In this document: piece after piece, positions 27,936-32,000 of the stretch | Layout: each line of letters begins with the position of its first letter | Position numbering within the stretch: position 1 is the stretch's first letter | NCBI RefSeq assembly: GCF_000017845.1 | Contig: NC_010546.1 | Coordinates: forward strand, 1,350,001 to 1,382,000 | Reading direction: 5' to 3' | Length of the DNA: 32,000 nt | From: Crocosphaera subtropica ATCC 51142 | GTDB taxonomy: Bacteria; Cyanobacteriota; Cyanobacteriia; Cyanobacteriales; Microcystaceae | The notes under the pieces: model-generated | Told to the model about the DNA's origin: nothing | The model's input: only the letters and a program-made list of their open reading frames with translations | The model's database searches: none | Made by a program: the position numbers and the translations under genes

Positions 27936-29087
27936 ATGAGTACCAATCCTTTACTAGAGATGCAAAGCTATGGACAAAGTATTTGGATGGATAACTTAAC
28001 CCGTGAAGTTATAGAGACAGGGGAACTTAATCAACTAATAGAAAACCGTGGTTTACGGGGATTGACTTCTAATCCAGCAATTTTTGAAAAAGCGATTAAT
28101 AATAGCGATCGCTACGATCAAGCGATACAATCTGGTCATCAACAAGAAAAATCCAGTCAAGAAATTTACGAATCTTTAGTCTTTGAAGATATCCGTAAAG
28201 CCTGTGATATTTTCCGTCCTATTTATGAAGAATCAAATGGTCTAGATGGCTATGTTAGTATAGAAGTTTCTCCACACCTTGCTCACGATATCAAAGGAAC
28301 TATTGCTGAGGCAATTCGTTTTTATGAGGCAATTGAAAAAGAAAATGTCATGATTAAAGTTCCTGGTACTTTAGAAGGGTTTGCAGCCATTGAACAGCTA
28401 ATTAGTCGTGGAATTAATGTTAATGTAACCCTGTTGTTTTCAGTAGATAACTATCGACAAGCAGCTTGGGCTTATATCCGAGGTTTAGAAGCAAGGGTTA
28501 AGAATAATCAACCCATTGATAATATTGCTTCAGTTGCCAGCTTTTTCCTCAGTCGTATCGATACAAAAGTAGATAAACGCATTGAACAAAGAATCCGAGA
28601 ATTAGGAACAGAAAGCTTAAATAAATCCATGCGTTTACGAGAACTGAAAGGGGATGTAGCGGTGGCTAATGCGAAAATTGCCTATCAAACCTTTAAGGAA
28701 ATTACTGCTAGTTCTCGCTGGAAAGCATTAGAAGAAAAAGGGGCAAAATTCCAACGACTTTTATGGGCTAGTACCAGTACAAAAGATCCCGACTACAGTG
28801 ATGTTAAATATGTCAATGAATTAGTGGGAGAACATACTATTAATACTTTACCTCCTACTACCTTAGAAGCTTGTGCCGATCACTGTGATCTCAGTCCCAA
28901 CCGCATCGAAACCGACGTGGATGAAGCTTATCAATTATTTGAGAGTTTAAAGCATCCTGATATTAAGATTAACATGGACGAAGTGCTTGATGAATTACTC
29001 GAAGAAGGGATCGAAAAATTTGTTAATCCCTATGATTCTTTACTGGAATCTATCGAAAATCAAGCGAAACAATTAACCCCTAGTTAA
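27936..29087 (+). CDS. tal: Transaldolase
   Basis: 383 aa with QSIWMDNLTR, GLTSNPAIFEKAI, MIKVPGT and FFLSRID (the catalytic Lys is in the KVP context). AGGAGA lies upstream of the ATG. Confidence 0.93.
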   Translation: MSTNPLLEMQSYGQSIWMDNLTREVIETGELNQLIENRGLRGLTSNPAIFEKAINNSDRYDQAIQSGHQQEKSSQEIYESLVFEDIRKACDIFRPIYEESNGLDGYVSIEVSPHLAHDIKGTIAEAIRFYEAIEKENVMIKVPGTLEGFAAIEQLISRGINVNVTLLFSVDNYRQAAWAYIRGLEARVKNNQPIDNIASVASFFLSRIDTKVDKRIEQRIRELGTESLNKSMRLRELKGDVAVANAKIAYQTFKEITASSRWKALEEKGAKFQRLLWASTSTKDPDYSDVKYVNELVGEHTINTLPPTTLEACADHCDLSPNRIETDVDEAYQLFESLKHPDIKINMDEVLDELLEEGIEKFVNPYDSLLESIENQAKQLTPS

Positions 29088-29095
29088 AGTGTCAC

Positions 29096-29118
29096 AGTTA
29101 TCTCGTTACTAGATAACT
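29096..29118 (+). terminator. Hairpin downstream of tal
   Basis: AGTTATCT (29096..29103) pairs with AGATAACT (29111..29118) across a 7-nt loop. The following tract, TATATAAAA, is only weakly T-rich. Confidence 0.4.
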
Positions 29119-29126
29119 TATATAAA

Positions 29127-29148
29127 ACCTCTCCTAAAATGGAGAGGT
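29127..29148 (-). terminator. Hairpin downstream of the PCD gene
   Basis: ACCTCTCC (29127..29134) pairs with GGAGAGGT (29141..29148). On the minus strand it is followed by TTTATATAAGTTAT. Confidence 0.5.
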
Positions 29149-29175
29149 ATCCTATTATTAGGTCAATCAGTTCTT

Positions 29176-29580
29176 TTATTGGTTAGCTAGTTCATTAGCT
29201 TTTTGAGCTAATTCTAAATCCTTGTTCGTAATGCCCCCTGCATCGTGACTGGTTAAATCGATAGTGACCCGATTATAAACATTACACCATTCTGGATGAT
29301 GACCCATTGATTCAGCTACTAAAGCAAGACTGGACATAAAACCAAAGGCTTCTACAAAAGAATTAAATTGAAATTCACGGTGTAATTTTCCCTCTTTTTC
29401 GGTCCAACCATCTAGTTGATTCAAAGCATTTTTAACTTCATCAGCAGATAATACATTAACGTTACTCATAACCATCTCATTATTAACAGCAGCCATTAAA
29501 CTAGAAGAATGATGAAAAGGAGTAATCTCACTAATTAGAATCATAACACTAACTATCAAAACTAACAAAAATCCTTTCAT
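29176..29580 (-). CDS. Pterin-4a-carbinolamine dehydratase (PCD/DCoH family) with an N-terminal signal/anchor sequence
   Basis: The C-terminal ~95 aa read [63 protein letters not shown], carrying the PCD signature E..GHHP.......V...L.TH. I prefer the ATG at 29580 ([18 protein letters not shown]...) because AGGAAG lies just upstream. The track ORF extends to 29646. Confidence 0.8.
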   Translation of the reverse strand: MKGFLLVLIVSVMILISEITPFHHSSSLMAAVNNEMVMSNVNVLSADEVKNALNQLDGWTEKEGKLHREFQFNSFVEAFGFMSSLALVAESMGHHPEWCNVYNRVTIDLTSHDAGGITNKDLELAQKANELANQ

Positions 29581-29709
29581 GTTCTTCCTATAGTTTCTAA
29601 TGACATATTCTTTCTTAGGATAGCAAAAATTAGAATAGTATTCCAAGGACTGGCAAAAACTCTTTCGATTAGATTTAATCTATATCTGACGCAATGAGAT
29701 TAATTCAAA

Positions 29710-30663
29710 TTAGAAAGGAACAAAATTAAAAATTTTCTGAGAATAATATTCTAATTCTTTAGATTTTAGGATAGATAAATAGTCATGATCATGACGATAA
29801 TATTGCCACCGTTCTAATAAATTCATCGTTTGAGCATTCCCATCATAAATATTTCCATCAAAAGAACTACCTTTTCCATAAGTTGCTACTTTATTCAAGT
29901 TGGAATCTGTAAAATTAACTTGAAGTTCCTCGGCAAGTTCTTGACGATATAAAGAATCAGAAAACCATCGATTAAAATTAAGACAAATTTTTGTTTTCAG
30001 AAAATTAGTTTCTCCAATAAATTCTTTTGCATATTGAATCCATAAATCTAAGGGGGTAAGATGTGGATTTTCAACCATCATAAAGTCTTTATAATAAAAA
30101 TCTCTATAGTTAGTATCATTTTTGTCCTTAAAAGCAGACCATCTTTTCATAGGAGCCAGTGTATAATCACTTTCTATTTGGGTCGCTTTAATCCTACTTG
30201 CTATAGTATTATAGGGATCTCTTAAGATTAGAATATCAATATTTTTTTGAGCTTTGCCTAAATAAATTAGACGCATCAAATTATAGTAAGGATTGCTTAA
30301 TGAAGATAACTCTATATCTTCATAGCTATGGATTACTATATCTTTAAAATAATTCTGCTCTAAAACCTTTCGCAATTTCTTAAAAAATCTCGTATTTCTT
30401 CCTTGTCTGAATTGCCTTAATCCTGGCTTTAAATCATTTAAAAAAATAGTATCTTTTGGAACTTGGCCTAAGAGCCAATTGATAATAGCATGATTACCAC
30501 TACGCCTCATTCCAATAATCCTTATACTTTTGCCAATCACAGGTGATTGATTATAGTTTTTTAGAAATACTTGAAGCTGTTCAAAGTCAGTAAAAATATC
30601 TTTTTTCTTAGTCCTATAAAAATTAAGAATAGTCCCTAAATCATTGTTTTGAATAAAATTCAT
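29710..30663 (-). CDS. Hypothetical protein, sulfotransferase-like P-loop fold suspected
   Basis: 317 aa. IRIIGMRRSGNHAIINWLL resembles the sulfotransferase 5'-PSB loop (xRSG[ST]T). ILILRDPYNTIASR resembles the 3'-PB motif (RDPxDxxxS). The gene is very AT-rich and contains no HIP1 site. Confidence 0.4.
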   Translation of the reverse strand: MNFIQNNDLGTILNFYRTKKKDIFTDFEQLQVFLKNYNQSPVIGKSIRIIGMRRSGNHAIINWLLGQVPKDTIFLNDLKPGLRQFRQGRNTRFFKKLRKVLEQNYFKDIVIHSYEDIELSSLSNPYYNLMRLIYLGKAQKNIDILILRDPYNTIASRIKATQIESDYTLAPMKRWSAFKDKNDTNYRDFYYKDFMMVENPHLTPLDLWIQYAKEFIGETNFLKTKICLNFNRWFSDSLYRQELAEELQVNFTDSNLNKVATYGKGSSFDGNIYDGNAQTMNLLERWQYYRHDHDYLSILKSKELEYYSQKIFNFVPF

Positions 30664-30876
30664 GATATATTATAATTAGTTTCAGTAAAATAGTTTAGTT
30701 ACTTATTAAGTTTAATTCTTATACAAATCCTAGATGCTAAACTAAAAATCAATCACCAGTCACTCTAATCTTAATGTTTCATGTTATGATAACACACTCT
30801 ACAATTGTCTGAGCAATAATAATTTTTTAAGTTTTCATTTCTCTATTATTAATCGTTAATTGTCCCTTTTCTTAAC

Positions 30877-31578
30877 ATGACTAACAAACCTGTTGCAGTT
30901 GTTCTTTTATCAGGTGGCTTAGACTCTGCTACCTCAGCAGCGATCGCCATTGACCAAGGTTATGAAGTGATCGCCCTTTCCTTACGCTATGGACAACGAC
31001 ACCAAAGAGAGTTAGATGCTGCAAAAATAATCGCTCAAACCCTCAATATCACTCAACATTACACGATCGATGTCAATATTGCTCAATGGGGAGGTTCCTC
31101 TTTAACCGATACTTCTTTATCTTTACCCCAAAGCGGTGTTGATGCCACCATTATCCCCTCTACCTATGTTCCTGGCAGAAACACAGTTTTTATCGCCCTA
31201 GCCCTCTCCTTAGCTGAAGCAAAGGGCGCACAAGCTATTTATTTAGGCATCAACGCTGTCGATTATTCTGGCTATCCCGATTGTCGCCCTGATTATCTAC
31301 AGGCTTATCAAACCTTGGCAAATCTTTCTTCTAAAGCAGGGCTTGTAGGAAAAGCTCCTCAACTGCTCGCCCCCTTGATCACAAAAACAAAAGTAGATAT
31401 CATAAAAGATGCTATTAAATTAGGGGTTCCCATAACTAAAACTTGGTCATGCTATCAAGGAGAGCAAGAACCCTGTGGCTTATGCGACTCTTGTCGTATC
31501 CGAGATCAGGCTTTAATTGAAGCCGGATACCCTGAGTTAGCCACCCCTAAAGGTAGAGAATTTAAAGACTTGTCTTGA
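30877..31578 (+). CDS. queC: 7-cyano-7-deazaguanine synthase
   Basis: 233 aa with [12 protein letters not shown] (PP-loop), GRNTVF and the C-terminal zinc cluster CYQG...CGLCDSC. Confidence 0.93.
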   Translation: MTNKPVAVVLLSGGLDSATSAAIAIDQGYEVIALSLRYGQRHQRELDAAKIIAQTLNITQHYTIDVNIAQWGGSSLTDTSLSLPQSGVDATIIPSTYVPGRNTVFIALALSLAEAKGAQAIYLGINAVDYSGYPDCRPDYLQAYQTLANLSSKAGLVGKAPQLLAPLITKTKVDIIKDAIKLGVPITKTWSCYQGEQEPCGLCDSCRIRDQALIEAGYPELATPKGREFKDLS

Positions 31579-31879
31579 AGTTAAAAGACAACAAAAATAT
31601 TCAATAATTATAAACTAAGCTTCAAATTAGAGTGAACTAGGTTTAGGAATTTGAATACTGAGAAAATTACTCTGAGGCATCATTTCTTCAACAATGATAG
31701 CTAGAATAATTAATTAATAATAAAAACCTTGCAGAAACGCTTATGATTATTCATAGTTTAATCACCCTTATTTAATACAGTTTTATCTATTAAAAACACC
31801 ATTATTTGATATTGGTACACCATTCAAGATACAATGAAGCTTATGTTAACTCTATATTGATTTATATGGAATAAGTATT

Positions 31880-32000
31880 ATGTCTCACGCCACAGATATA
31901 AAAACCTTAGCTCGTTGGATGTGTTCTGATTTCAGTAATCAAGAACAAGCCTTTGAAAATCCTCCTTTTTATGCTCATATTCGTGTTTGTATTCGTCCTT
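31880..32000 (+). CDS. cpcT: Phycobiliprotein chromophore lyase CpcT/CpeT family, N-terminal 40 codons (continues past the window end)
   Basis: Read by hand: MSHATDIKTLARWMCSDFSNQEQAFENPPFYAHIRVCIRP. This matches the characteristic CpcT start (..LARWM.GDFSNQ.QA.ENPP.YAHIRV..RP). Confidence 0.8.
   Translation, partial: MSHATDIKTLARWMCSDFSNQEQAFENPPFYAHIRVCIRP

Noticed and set aside
30664-30876. A possible preQ1 riboswitch upstream of queC.
   Set aside because: I found no preQ1-I-like hairpin with a conserved loop and A-rich tail. The spacer is simply AT-rich. It is also a divergent promoter region shared with the upstream orphan gene.
1-32000. A scan for CRISPR arrays, tRNA or rRNA genes, transposases, integrases and reverse transcriptases.
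   Set aside because: I found no regularly spaced repeat arrays, no cloverleaf candidates, and no DDE, tyrosine-recombinase or RT motifs in any listed or hand-read frame.

Overview
This window is a chromosomal segment from a cyanobacterium. The HIP1 octamer GCGATCGC recurs throughout (e.g. 3027, 15010, 18407, 20781, 26590, 28107, 30941). The gene set includes Ycf66, CpcT, a DnaK3/DnaJ3-type chaperone pair, class II FBA and a TamB/TIC236-like giant protein. Most of the window is core housekeeping: class I RNR alpha subunit, dnaK-dnaJ, fba, a WecA-like GT4 transferase, the conserved rpmH-rnpA-PH-yidC-jag cluster, tamB-like, ycf66, a Ctp protease, ftsQ, tal and queC. Three genes are missing from the supplied ORF track and were read by hand. 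They are a 469-codon Snf2-family helicase N-terminus running off the left edge (1..1407, minus), rpmH (14426..14563, minus, GTG start) and the first 40 codons of cpcT at the right edge. I do not see a convincing novel multi-gene system. The best leads are small accessory islets. (a) An 812-bp insertion at the 3' end of the creatininase-family gene, bounded by 43-nt direct repeats, carries a decayed DUF4258/DUF2283 toxin-antitoxin-like pair. (b) The stretch after ftsQ, where ftsZ normally sits in cyanobacteria, instead holds a small acidic ORF, a GC-rich repeat-like element and a CYTH-like orphan. (c) A very AT-rich, HIP1-free pair encodes a sulfotransferase-like orphan and a pterin-4a-carbinolamine dehydratase with an N-terminal signal/anchor. 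All product calls come from reading the translations for motifs. No database search was possible.
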